Shown here: positions 33,151 through 51,654 of the stretch, piece by piece
Layout of the letters: each line of letters starts with the position of its first letter
How positions within the stretch are numbered: position 1 is the stretch's first letter
NCBI RefSeq assembly: GCF_009914755.1
Contig: NC_060947.1
Length of the DNA: 64,000 nt
Strand: one strand, 5' to 3'
From: the human T2T-CHM13v2.0 reference genome, Homo sapiens
Notes under the pieces: model-generated
Seen by the model: only the letters and a program-made list of their open reading frames with translations
The model's database searches: none
Told to the model about the DNA's origin: nothing
Position numbers and translations under genes: made by a program

Positions 33151-33969
33151 GAAATTTAACATTCTGGCAAGGCTACCTAGAGCCAGTGCTAATATTTGCT
33201 TGGGATGGCTCCGTGAAGGTTGATAGCCTACTGTAACCCAGGTAGAGATACCCGAACTGTCTTGACATAGTACAAAAAAGTAAGTTTAAGGGATTAGCAT
33301 TGAATTACAGTGCAAGACGTGAAAACCCATCAACTGACTGTACATCCATGTATACAAGGAGCAACGAAAGGCACTCTATTAAGTAATGTGCTAGTGATGG
33401 AAACACTAGTATCTTTGAGAGGCTTAGCAGTGGCTGCTGTCTGTAGATTGGGGTCAATGCTCTATTCTTCCATGGAACTGGGCTGTATAATATCAATGTG
33501 GATGTTGAGATTCTGGAATGCCAGAGGCCACATGGCAACACTGAGCCCTTAACCATAATTAATATGATGTGCAGCAAGGCTGGAATGGAAATCACAATGT
33601 CTTACTGCCCAGGAATCTATGACAACTGAAAACAGGCCATGGCGTTCTCAGGGGTAAGATAGATGGGTAGTCAACTTGCTATTCTTCAATTTTATTATGA
33701 TTAAAAACTAGCTCTTGGTTATCAGAAGGTTGATATCAGATGCCACATGCAAAATTGCTCTTCTTCGTGCAGTTTCTAGATCTGAGTCAGTCCACAGACC
33801 CAAAATCCATTGATTCAAGTTGATGTTGGTTCACTTCAAGTATAAACAGTGAGTATTCCTTTGATGTTTCCCCCAGTGAGGGCTTCAGCCATTTTCCAAG
33901 TCAACTGTATGCTTTGTATGCTGTGAAAAAGGGAAGAATATTCAGACTTCTCTAGAAATATATATATAC

Positions 33970-34314
33970 ATTTTTTTTTTTGAGACAAGGTCTAGCTCCA
34001 TCACCCAGTCTGGAATGCAGTGGCGCTATCTCAGCTCACTGCAACCTCTGCCTCCCAGGATCAAATGGTCCTCCCACCTCAGCCTCAAGTATCTGGGACT
34101 CGAGTTGCACACCTCGAGTCTGGGACATAGTGCACACCTCGAGTCTGGGACATAGTGGTGCACACCACTATGCCCAGCTAATGTTTGTATTTTTTGTAGA
34201 GACAAGGTTTCACCATGATGCCCAGGCTGGTCTCAAACCCCCGAGCTCAAGCAATCTACCCATCTTAGCCTCCCAAAGTGGTGGGATTACAGGAGTGAGC
34301 CACCGCACCCAGCC
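33970..34314 (-). mobile_element. AluJ-like element with an internal 25-bp tandem duplication
   Basis: Reverse Alu; TSD tagaaatat; unit tgcacacctcgagtctgggacatag at 34106-34130 and 34131-34155. Confidence 0.9.
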
Positions 34315-35483
34315 TAGAAATATTATATATGAGATCTGAACCGACACTATCACAGAGAATCTGAAAAGCATTTTCCTTTGATTAGTGTGGAGGATCATGG
34401 AATCCAGGTAAGAAATGGAGTTTTGGCTCAAGCCCATCTCATAAGGGGTCAAATGGATCCCCACATCTGCACTGTGGCTCTTTCTCTGGTCTTTGAGTGT
34501 ATAATTGAAATGCACATTCTCAAATGCTGGAAATCTTCTCTCATTATTTTCCTGACCTGTGAATTAAGGACTATTATAATAGGAACAACCACGTGAAAGC
34601 TCCCCAAACCTCCAGAAATCTAAATCAGGAAAAATATCACATTGCTAGAGGCACTGCAAAACTTAGTCTCACCATCAAAAATTTAAAAGATGTAAGGCTA
34701 GCGGACCCGATCACATCTTTCTGAGTGCCCTCTACAAAATCAGGTAGTTCATGCCTCATGAGAGTGGACTACTATAAACTTAACAAATTGAAGTCCTGAT
34801 TGAAGTTGCTATTCTGGTTGTAGTATTTTTATGAAAGATGAAAGCAGTTCAACAAAATTGTGGGCACTTAATATAATGCTATTGATTTGGCAGAATACTT
34901 TTTTCTTGATGCACATCAGCAGGAAACATTGAAAGCCATTCACTTTTGCATGTCAGAGATAGCAGAGTATATACCTTCTCTTGCCTGAATGCTATGTTAA
35001 CTCTTTATTTGACATAATATCATCCATTAGGACATTGAATATTTTGAAATTCCTCAGAATATCATTCTGATCTGCTTCATGTTAATTGAACCTGTTGAAC
35101 TAGAAGTGACAAATATCCTAGATGCCTGAGTAAGATACATGTGTACCAAAAGATGGGAGATAAATTCTATATTTGTCGATCTGCTATATTGTTGAAATTT
35201 TTAGGGATTTGCTTGTATGCCAAAAAGGAGGTAAATAAACTTCATAAAGATCCATGGGTCTGACATATTGGTGAAGTTTTGGCAGGATGGTCTTGGATGA
35301 TACTGTGACATTTTTCTAAAGTAAGGAACAAGTTGTTGCTCCTTATCACTCTCACGACCAACAGAGAGGAACATTTATTTGGCCTCAAAAGGAAAGTCAC
35401 AAGACAGACCTCCAGGACTGGAGAAAGAACATGCCCTCCTTGGTAGGGAATTACTCTGTTTGCAGACATTTTCTGCTTTGTTA

Positions 35484-35726
<243 letters not shown>

Positions 35727-36435
35727 TTAAGAGTCTGTCTGACCATAACAACATGGATTCTTTTTCAACAAGGTTAATCCTTCTGCAATTGCTGAATGTC
35801 CCAATCCTCCAGTAGTGGAGACAGACAATCAATCTCCAACATGGAACCTTACTTGCCAGACACCTGGTAGAATTTCAATTACATCAGACTCCTTTCAATT
35901 TTGGAAGAGCAGCAACTCATCTTTATCTGAATTGATACATACTGAGATATGTGTTTGCCTTCTTTGTCTGCAAAACCCACATCATCCCCACAATACAAGG
36001 GCTTAGAAAATGCCTAATCTTATTGACATTAAATTGTACACAATGATTTACTGTACCAAAAGGCCCATTATATTGCAAAGGAGGTGCAACAATGGGCTCA
36101 TGAACAAGAGAATTCCTGGACTTACCATATCACTCAGAATCAGCAAGCTGAAAAGAATGGTGGACTGGGAGGAGGAGCCAAGATGGCTGAATAGGAACAG
36201 CTCCGGTCTACAGCTCCCAGCGTGAGCGACGCAGAAGACGGGTGATTTCTGCATTTCCATCTGAGGTACCGGGTGCATCTCACTAGGGAGTGCCAGACAG
36301 TGGGCGCAGGTCAGTGGGTGCACACACCGTGTGTGAGCCGAAGCCGGGCAAGGCATTGCCTCACTTGGGAAGCGCAAGGGGTCAGGGAGTTCCCTTTCCG
36401 AGTCAAAGAAAGGGGTGACGGACGCACCTGGAAAA

Positions 36436-36618
36436 TCAGGTCACTCCCACCCGAATACTGCGCTTTTCCGACCGGCTTAAAAAACAGCGCACCACAAGAT
36501 TATATCCCGCACCTGGCTCGGAGGGTCCTACGCCCACGGAGTCTCGCTGATTGCTAGCACAGCAGTCTGAGATCAAACTGCAAGGCGGCAGCGAGGCTGG
36601 GGGAGGGACGCCCACCAT
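36436..36618 (-). CDS. L1 antisense ORF0, 60 aa (truncated relative to the 71-aa consensus)
   Basis: MVGVPPPASLPPCSLISDCCASNQRDSVGVGPSEPGAGYNLVVRCFLSRSEKRSIRVGVT* matches primate L1 ORF0 up to a premature TGA. Expression unknown. Confidence 0.6.
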   Translation of the reverse strand: MVGVPPPASLPPCSLISDCCASNQRDSVGVGPSEPGAGYNLVVRCFLSRSEKRSIRVGVT

Positions 36619-37073
36619 TGCCCAGGCTTGCTTAGGTAAACAAAGCAGCTGGGAAGCTCGAACTGGGTGGAGCCCACCACAGCTCAAGGAGGCCTGCCTG
36701 CCTCTGTAGGCTCTACCTCTGGGGGCAGGGCACAGACAAACAAAAAGACAGCAGTAACCTCTGCAGACTGAAAAGTCCCTGTCTGACAGCTTTGAAGAGA
36801 GCAGAGGTTCTCCCAGCACGCAGCTGGAGATCTGAGAACGGGCAGACTGCCTCCTCAAGTGGGTCCCTGACCCCTGACCCCCGAGCAGCCTAACTGGGAG
36901 GCACCCCCCAGCAGGGGCACACTGACACCTCACACGGCAGGGTATTCCAACAGACCTGCAGCTGAGGGTCCTGTCTGTTAGAAGGAAAACTAACAAACAG
37001 AAAGGACATCCACACCGAAAACCCATCTGTACATCACCATCATCAAAGACCAAAAGTAGATAAAACCACAAAG

Positions 37074-38090
37074 ATGGGGAAAAAACAGAACAGAAAAACT
37101 GGAAACTCTAAAAAGTAGAGCGCCTCTCCTCCTCCAAAGGAACGCAGTTCCTCACCAGCAACGGAACAAAGCTGGATGGAGAATGACTTTGACGAGCTGA
37201 GAGAAGAAGGCTTCAGACGATCAAATTACTCTGAGCTACAGGAGGACATTCAAACCAAAGGCAAAGAAGTTGAAAACTTTGAAAAGAATTTAGAAGAATG
37301 TATAACTAGAATAACCAATACAGAGAAGTGCTTAAAGGAGCTGATGGAGCTGAAAACCAAGGCTCGAGAACTACGTGAAGAATGCAGAAGCCTCAGGAGC
37401 TGATGCGATCAACTGGAAGAAAGGGTATCAGCGATGGAAGATGAAATGAATGAAATGAAGTGAGAAGGGAAGTTTAGAGAAAAAAGAATAAAAAGAAATG
37501 AGCAAAGCCTCCAAGAAATATGGGGCTATGTGAAAAGACCAAATCTACGTCTGATTGGTGTACCTGAAAGTGATGGGGAGAATGGAACCAAGTTGGAAAA
37601 CACTCTGCAGGATATTATCCAGGAGAACTTCCCCAATCTAGCAAGGCAGGCCAACATTCAGATTCAGGAAATACAGAGAATGCCACAAAGATACTCCTCG
37701 AGAAGAGCAACTCCAAGACACATAATTGTCAGATTCACCAAAGTTGAAATGAAGGAAAAAATGTTAAGGGCAGCCAGAGAGAAAGGTCGGGTTACCCTCA
37801 AAGGGAAGCCCATCAGACTAACAGCGGATCTCTTGGCAGAAACCCTACAAGCCAGAAGAGAGTGGGGGCCAATATTCAACATTCTTAAAGAAAAGAATTT
37901 TCAACCCAGAATTTCATATCCAGCCAAACTAAGCTACATAAGTGAAGGAGAAATAAAATCCTTTACAGACAAGCAAATGCTGAGAGATTTTGTCACCACC
38001 AGGCCTGCCCTAAAAGAGCTCCTGAAGGAAGCACTAAATATGGAAAGGAACAGCCGGTACCAGCCGCCGCAAAATCATGCCAAAATGTAA
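37074..38090 (+). pseudogene. L1 ORF1 (disrupted)
   Basis: ATG 37074 to TAA 38090 is 1017 nt, the canonical length, but there are in-frame stops at 37116 (TAG), 37401 (TGA) and 37461 (TGA). Confidence 0.92.
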
Positions 38091-38153
38091 AGACCATCGA
38101 GACTAGGAAGAAACTGCATCAACTAATGAGCAAAATAACCAGCTAATATCATC

Positions 38154-41984
<3,831 letters not shown>

Positions 41985-42569
41985 ACAATGAGATCACATG
42001 GACACAGGAAGGGGAATATCACACTCTGGGGACTGTTGTGGGGTGGGGGGAGGGGGGAGGGATAGCATTGGGAGATATACCTAATGCTAGATGACGAGTT
42101 AGTGGGTGCAGCACACCAGCATGGCACATGTATACATATGTAACTAACCTGCACAATGTGCACATGTACCCTAAAACTTAAAGTATAATTTAAAAAAAAT
42201 TTTAAGGAACAATACCTATTCTAGGCTCCCTAGAAATGGAAAAAAAAAATTTCAGAGAATAGAAAAGCTTTATAGCTTTCTCTTGGCACAGATTAAATAC
42301 ATTAAAATAAACAAATAAAAAAAGGCCATTAGGGGAAGGGTACATTTAAAAAAAAAAAAAAAGAATGGTGGACTGATGTGTTGAAGTCTTAGTTAAGGTA
42401 CCAGCTCAGTCATAATATCTTGTGATGTAGTATAATTACCAAAACTGTAGCATATATATGGTGTTTTCCCGCATAGCTAAAAAATTGAGGTCCGTATAAC
42501 CCCAATGATTGTCACTGCAGTGACCCACTTGTGGAATTTGGGCTTCCTCATTCCTGCAAACATAGGCTA

Positions 42570-43031
<462 letters not shown>

Positions 43032-43284
43032 CTATATTTACAGAGGTACTCACCCTCATTTCTGTCAGCAGTTAAAGTTGCTGCTACATACAGAGATAGG
43101 GAGGATTATGTTTGAAACTCAGGGGATTCACTGAAGCATTTCTTAGTGCGTCTATTTTCGGTGATAACTGTGAACATCCAATTTCACCAACCATGGCCCA
43201 AAAAGAGATAGGCAACTGAATGTTTAAACCCTTCTGGGATGATCCCACTAGACAAGTAACCTAAATTAGCCAAGGTGTTAGCTA

Positions 43285-43882
<598 letters not shown>

Positions 43883-45012
43883 ATAAATATGTAAACAATA
43901 TGGTTCTGGGACACAGTATAGTAACAGGAACTTTATGTTGGCATAATAATCCTCATTCAATAAGCCTTTTTAGGAGAGTGTAACTGGCCACCAATTTGAA
44001 GGATTGCTTCTTCATCCAAGAAAAGAAATGAGGACATGTTGTTCTCATAAAATGATGGCTCCAAATTATTGTATCAAGGGGTAGACTGCGTCAGCCTGAA
44101 TTTATACCCCTATTCTGTTTACACAAGAGGAGTCCTTGGCCTGCCAGACCCTTGGCTGCTTGCTCAAAAGAGATGTCTGGCTGTCACCACTATCACTTTG
44201 TCTCCAAATATCAACAACGCTCATGGCCTCTCCTGGGCTGAGATCCAAACTCCCTCCAGCAGATCCTTCTTTATGCAGCTTCAGCACAAGGTCTGGCTTT
44301 TCCACTTCTTCCAGCCTCAAATGAAGTGCCATTCCATACACTGCAGGATGTGACTTTCCGTGGATTACTGGAAATGGTGAGGTGAAACAATCTGGAAGTT
44401 CAAGAGAGTTAATCAGCTGAACCAAGGTATGGTGGTTTCACAGTGCTTATCTAGACATATCCAAGGCGACGGAGCAGCCAACTATGTTTTCTCATGAAGC
44501 TGTAGAAATCTCTGTAATGTGCTACTTTATATTTTCTATCTCATCCCTTGCCACATTGCCATTTTCTGTCCAAACTGCTCTGTAATTGCAGCCCTCAATA
44601 AACCCTTAGCACAAAGCTTTGCTTCAATCTCTGTTTTCTCAAAAAGTCAGGCAAAGTCACACTATGTCTCTTGATCATCAACACCATATTACATTTCCAT
44701 AGGTCACAAGCCTGAAGATTGTTCCTAGATGCATCCCTCTCCTTTCTACTTTTATATCTACCTCCATCACCTACCCAGCAAAGTTTAAGCACTGAAATAT
44801 GATGCACAATGGCCTCTGCGATGCAGCTTCTATATCTCTTCAACCATTCCTCTTGGGGTTTTCCTCCTTATGTGGTTATCTCCAGCTACAGTGATCTACT
44901 TGCAGGATGTTATATGCCTCCGTCTATACCTTTTCCTCATGATACCAAATTCACCCATCTCTGCTCACAGCATCCTCGGTGTTCCCTATGTTCATTTGGT
45001 TAAAAAAAAATG

Positions 45013-45319
<307 letters not shown>

Positions 45320-45409
45320 TGCTACACATCACTCAAAATGGAGCTCATGGGTCATATCCTCTATGAAGCTGTACCTAACACTCCTGCTAAATATATAAAA
45401 TAAAAAAAT

Positions 45410-45580
45410 ACAGCTAACACTTATACAGTAGTCCTTACTCTGTGCCATGTACTGTCCTGAGGGCTTTGCATGGAATGTGCTTACTTAGTTGTTACCACAA
45501 CCCCATAAATTTGGTACCATTACTATCTGCATTTCACAGATAAGGAAGCTGAGGTGCAGAGGATTTAGAACACATAGGTA
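45410..45580 (-). mobile_element. MIR SINE
   Basis: cagctaacacttat...tgtgccatgtactgtcctgagggctttgcat...catttcacagataaggaagctgagg. Confidence 0.75.
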
Positions 45581-45588
45581 TTCTGGTG

Positions 45589-45988
45589 CAGATGCTCCTG
45601 GACTTTCTTACCATTGTAAGTTGAAAATATCAGAAATCAAAATGCATTGAATACATCTAACCTACCGAACTCCATAGCATGCCCAGAACATTGACATTAA
45701 TGTAACATTGGGAAAAATCATCTAACATGAAGCCTGTTTTATAATAAAATGTTAAATATCTCATATAGGGGTATGAGTTGTGTACCCTCATGATCACATT
45801 GCTGCCTGAGAGCCGCAGCTTGCTGCTCTGCGCAGCAGGGCAAGAATCTGGTACCGCATATCACTAGCCTGGGCAAAGGTCAAAATTCAAAATACGGTTT
45901 CCGCTAAATCCACTAAGTACGTATCACTTTTGCATCACCATAAAGTCAAAAAATCTTAAGTGAAATCATCGTAAATAGAGGACTATCT
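45589..45988. mobile_element. TcMar-Tigger non-autonomous DNA transposon (MER47-like)
   Basis: Degenerate TIRs cagatgctcctggactt ... aaatagaggactatct; internal atctaacctaccgaac and gtaccgcatatcactagcctggg. Confidence 0.75.
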
Positions 45989-46084
45989 CTATTTAAATGA
46001 ACATCTATGCTCTTCTTAATCACCCTCTCTTGCCTCTCCATTACACTAGTCAGCCTGGCCGCTCATGCTGCCGTCTCTATGGTC

Positions 46085-46260
46085 TTCCATCAGAGCACTA
46101 ACCATGTTTGCATCTCTTCTTTGTTCATATGTATGCCTCTTCAGTAGACTGAGTTGCTAGAGTTGAATATGTTGATATCATTACTGTGTGCCTAGCACAG
46201 AGCACAGGATCTAGTGCAGAGAAGGTATCTGATAAATGTTGGATAAATAAATGTTAATTA
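46085..46260 (+). mobile_element. L2 3' end
   Basis: cctagcacagagcacagg...gataaatgttggataaataaatg, a typical L2 tail. Confidence 0.6.
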
Positions 46261-47385
46261 ATCTGGTACAATCTTGAGAATGACAGAACTTAGACCTAAG
46301 TTTGTCATTTTACAAAACACTCTCCCAAGAGTTATCTTCTTTTGTCCTTTCTATATTTTGGTAAGACATTTATTCTTAGCAAGGATTGAATAAAAATATT
46401 TGTACACAAATCCCTATGCTTTACCTAAGTGTATGTATTGGCTCCTCTGGTGGTCTCTCTGTGACATTAAGAGACACATTGGAAACAATTACAAATTTTC
46501 TCAATCTTCTGTCCCACAAGCTAGGTAAAACACCTATATCTGTGGAATTCTTTAGACAGATAATCAGGCTTAGGCAGAATTTTATAGGCCCAAAATTATG
46601 TTTTATCAGAGTAGATACATTGCAACAGAAAATAAGATTAAACACGCCATCTAATGTAAAGAAAAATTATGAGTTGTACTGGCTAATATATACAAATGTA
46701 CTGGGTCTCCAATAGTTAAAGAGAATAGTACTAAGCATTGCAAAAGTCCTTACTTTTAACGTTAAAGATCCTTCACCTCCCTCGGTAACCCTAGAGCAGA
46801 AGCTTTTGAAATTACCCTTTGTAATCCTCTTAGCAGGATTTACTAACATTTAAATCTATTACCTATATCCTTTAGTTGAACTGTTTAAGCTCACTGAAAG
46901 TGTTATTATTTTTCACTCAGGCAACTTAATGGAATGGGCCAGAATTAAAATCATCGTCACAACTTGAAAATGTGAATGTCACATCCTGAAAATTACCATC
47001 TTTCATATAAACGAACAGTCGTGCAAACGTTGACTAAACTTCTAATATGTACTAGGCACTGTGCCTATCCAGATGGAAACAAAATAAACTCCATGTGCAT
47101 GAGGATGCTCTTTAACTCACCATTGTTTACACATAAATTAGCACTATGCTTGGCAAGTTGGAGACACTCAAAAATACTGACAGAATATATAAGTAAAATA
47201 TGACAAATGCATTGTCCCTGCCCTTGAAAATATTGCAGTATACAATATTTGAGACACACGAGAACCTATCTTGAGCCCATGGGCAAGCTCATGTTCCACA
47301 GTTGTGCATGAGCATGTGTGGAGCTGCAAGTCCACCTCAGGAAAGCTAATTAGTATAATGGGATGTGGAGAGCATGCGGTCATGA

Positions 47386-47745
<360 letters not shown>

Positions 47746-48574
47746 TAGTTTGTCCCTTTTGAGAAAAAAAATCAGGTTGTGGGATGTGGAAGCTGCTCAT
47801 TTGTGAAGAGTTCAGATCTTGCATCTTGTAGTTTGAGTCATTCTGTGAACTCTGTCACTCAGAGGGAGATCCTAGCACAGGGCCATGACATAGTAGGTGC
47901 TTTGTATGTATAGTGGAGTGAGGAAAATTGAGTTAAATGAAATAGCTGCCCTCAAACTCAGGAGTCAAAGAGGAAACGTCCAGGCAAGCTCTCTATCACC
48001 ATCTTGTGGTCTCTACCAGCATCTTATGCTTGTACAGTACACCCAACCCCACATTACAGAGGGGAAAAGAGGTTTGGTAATAGTGTGGGGGCAGAAAAGG
48101 TCAGAAATGTTCTCTAAGGGCAGGACTGGCTCCCACTTTGGTGAATCTACCCAAGATTTGGTGGGTACACTGACCCACAAGCAAGGGCCTTAGGAGTCCA
48201 TTCTCTGTTTACAAAGGCACATCTCTGGGATGGAGGTAGGCTGAAAAAGTGACTTATTCTGAGATATCTAGGTCATCCCAGGACTAGAAGAACACAGTCC
48301 AGGAAAGTTCCTGGCATGTCTTCCCAATGGCAAAGCTAAGCAACTGGGGTGAAGGTGAGAAATTGAGTGCCACATCACAACTGTGTGAAAACAAAAGGAG
48401 GCTCCTGATCTGAAAACGGCAAGATTAGGAGAACATGTGGTCCTGGTCCTGAAACAAAAGGGACATATTGTATAAAGACTTGTTATCTCAATCCTGGAAT
48501 GTTACATTTGCCCCACCTATTCATACACCTCAAAAAGACAGGGATGATATATTACATTTTGTTTATCCATTTAT

Positions 48575-48950
48575 CAGCCATAAAAAGGAAGGAAGAAAAA
48601 ATATTGATACATGCGATTACATAAGTGGACCTTGAAAACATCATGCTAAGTGGAAGAACTTAGAAACAAACTGCTACGTACTGTATGATTCCATTTAAGT
48701 GAAATACACAGAATAGGTAAATTCATAAACACAGAAAATAGTGGTTGTCAGGGGCTGGGAGTAGGAGTCGGGAATGAGCAATAACTGTTTGATGGGTATG
48801 AAGTTTTCTTTTGAGGTGATGAAAATGTTCTGGAATGAGATAATGGTGATTGTTGCAAAGCTTTGTGAATATACTAAAAAAAACACTAAATTGTGCAGTC
48901 TAAAAGGGTGAACATTATCATATGTGATTTAGATGTCAATTTTTGGAAAA
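48575..48950 (+). mobile_element. L1MB/ME-type 3' end
   Basis: gaccttgaaaacatcatgctaagtg...gtggttgtcaggggctggga...gatgaaaatgttctggaa...gtgaatatactaaaa. Confidence 0.8.
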
Positions 48951-49489
48951 GATAAAAAAGAAAATGTAAGACAGATACAGGAAGGAAATTCCGGAGCAAC
49001 ATGAATATTGTGCACAATTCTCTGTGGCAGGTGAGCCATTGGGAAACCATGGAGCCTGTCACTAGTCATTATCAAGTAGTATCATATACTTGAGTGGGCA
49101 CAAGATTTCCTAGGGAAAGCTTAGCTAGTGTCACCTGGGCAGCATTTTCTGCGTGGTATCTGATTCTGTGCTCCCAGGATCAAAGATTTATGCCAGAGGG
49201 GAAAGTTTTTGACCATGAATTGAGGGATTAGCTTCTACTGTCCCAGTTCCAGGAGAACACTACAACTCCAGAAATATACTGTTAAGGCCTATCTCAACCA
49301 GTGCATAGTAATAAAATCAACACTAAGACTTTGTAGAAAACTCAGACCAAAAAGCAGTTACCAACTGCCAGACATAGTTGATGACACCAGAGATACAGTC
49401 CATAGTCAAAACCTAGGAGCTCAAGATGGGAAATGCCAAGAAAAACAGATAATGATTGAGGCCTTACTCTGCAGGCCAAGATGACAAAT

Positions 49490-49700
49490 TAGAATAGCTA
49501 ACATACATTGGGTGCTTGGTTATGTGCCAGGCATTGTCATAAGTGTTTTAGAGATATTCATTTATTTCAGCCTCACAATAACCTCATGACATAGGTACGC
49601 TATGACAATCCTCATTGAGTACGTAAGGAAACCTGAGCAGAGAGAGGTTAACTAACTAGCTCAAAGTCAAACCGCTACTAAGATGTGACACCAGTCCTCA
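49490..49700 (-). mobile_element. MIR SINE
   Basis: aatagctaacatacattgggtgcttggttatgtgccaggcattg...cctcacaataacc...gaggttaactaactagctcaaagtca. Confidence 0.8.
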
Positions 49701-50080
49701 GCTAAGCCTACAGTACTGTTAGTTGTTGGCATCAATTATGCTGAGGTCAAAAGAGCAGCTGAACCCCCAGTCCCCTACCACGTGGGGAGGGAGGCAGTAG
49801 GTACAAGAAACACGGGGACAGCCAAAGACAGCGACATCCCCAGCGCCTATGCTATCCATGTTATTAGTGGAAATGCTCAGTCACACTGTGCGATCTGGAA
49901 AGGGAGAGGACTGTAAAGGGAGGAGTATCCCAGGTGGCAGCAGAAAGTAGTTTCCAGCCTTCATTCCTTCTCACATTCCTGTGAGAGATATGGGGGCGCT
50001 GGTTGGTCCTGGGCCCTAATTTCACCCATTGAACAGGAAAAACAGCCCTGAAGAGGTGACGGGTGCTGCCAAGACCTCTT

Positions 50081-50097
50081 TCGCCATCTCGTGGCCA
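50081..50097 (-). promoter_or_regulatory. Candidate CTCF site in a CpG-retaining GC-rich block
   Basis: Minus strand TGGCCACGAGATGGCGA closely matches the CTCF consensus. Motif only. Confidence 0.6.
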
Positions 50098-51039
50098 CTG
50101 GGACGTATGACACCCGACGCAGAACCTGCCAGGGGGGAAACTCCCAGGTGGGAGGCTGAGAGATGTGGGGAGCAGGGGCTCCTAACCCGGGGCTTGGTAG
50201 GGGAGGGGAGGGGAGGGGAGGTTCTGAGAAAGCAAAACTCCTAGAATCCTCTGTATCAGCAATTCTAGTGCATTTTCCCGCAGCTGCCATAAGATCCGCA
50301 GTGGGTTTTGGAACACACACAATGTAAGGGCCACAGCTGGAGGGTTGGGAAGTGGTGGCAAGAGAAGCCTGCTCCTGTTGCGGGTGGCTCTGGCTGAGGG
50401 AACTCCACCCACGAGAACTTCTTGGTGGAGTTTAGGCCGTCTTGGCATGGAGAGGACAGGGGCGGCCCCTTCCCTGAGAGAATCCTGTTGAGCCCCTTAC
50501 CTTTTGTTGGCCATCAGGGCCTGGCCTGGGGCCCCCGGAGTCCTCCTTCTGCCCAGTAGCCTGGGTTCCCTCTGAGACCAGGCCCAGCCCATCATGCTCT
50601 CCTTTCTGCCCTCTGGAGTAAGGCCCCGGTAGCCTGCCTGCTCCCCTCTCCATAGCTGCCACCTCCTACTCCACCCTGTGGGTTCAGCTGTCCCTCAGGA
50701 ACATGGCTGCGAAGGGGGCCACAGCCAGCCCAGCTCCTCCCTTGCCTGGGACCCAGATGGCCGGCCCTGACCCTTCCTGATCATAAAGGCTTCACTGCGC
50801 TCCTGCTCTGGCAGGGAGGCATTCAGGGCACACACAGCCAACTGACACCTCCGGGGTCACAAACAGCAAAAATCCTTCCAGAGGGCTCACAGTCACCACC
50901 ACTGGCCTACAGGTTCCTCCCGCCTTTTGACTCAGAGATGCCATGTGTAATCTCTCTATATGTCAGAATAGCAGCCCCCTCACTTTGTTCCTGACCCCAA
51001 TCCATCCTACTATGCACTGCTTATCTGAAGCAATATGTA

Positions 51040-51552
51040 TTCCTTCTCGGCACAACCCTTATCCTCACACTTGCTTCCACCTCTCCTTCCACCCCTAACT
51101 TGACCTCTATCCCTGATTCCAACCTAATCCCTTACCCTATGTAAAATCGGTGCTTCCTATTATCAAGGAAATGAAAAACAGACATCTTCAACCCTCACAA
51201 AATTCCTAATCCATCCCGTCCCTAACTATGATCCTAACACTCAGAATAATTGCAAAAATCCTGCATTGTGGACACACCTGACCCTCGCTCACCCCATCTC
51301 TGACTCTCACTTGATCCCTGACTGCTACCAAGACCCCTTTCACCTATAGATCACTCTTTTTCTACATTCACGTGATTGCCAAAGCACACATCCCTGGTTT
51401 CATCCTGTCATTGGTCCTGACCATCTTTAACTGTCAGCAACTAGTAGACACACACCTAATCCTTTATCCTTTTTAATGCCAATGATTATGTGCTTATCAA
51501 GTAACATAAGTAATATTCCCAAACTTTAATCCGTCCCTAACCATCATCCTAT
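51040..51552. repeat. Degenerate (CCCTAA)-like hexamer low-complexity tract
   Basis: Many variants (ccctaa, ccctga, cctaat, ccctca, ccctta) with strong C-over-G skew; ccgtccctaac occurs at 51216 and 51531. Confidence 0.55.
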
Positions 51553-51654
51553 TTAAAATTATTCTTTTTATTAAGTTATGGGGACACAACTTTGTTCCAT
51601 AAATGGAAACAAGAAAAAAATCATCATTTTAGGAGAATGAGATGAGAGTTGAGG

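Noticed and set aside
49927-49942. CTCF-like cccaggtggcagc (also gccacaggtggc near 52900)
   Set aside because: The 5' half of the core mismatches or spacing is one base short; much weaker than the 5924 and 50081 motifs.
50530-50620. Resemblance of GEHDGLGLVSEG to cancer-testis CT47-type proteins
   Set aside because: Only a few residues in GC-rich low-complexity sequence; flanks show no similarity, so no name was assigned.
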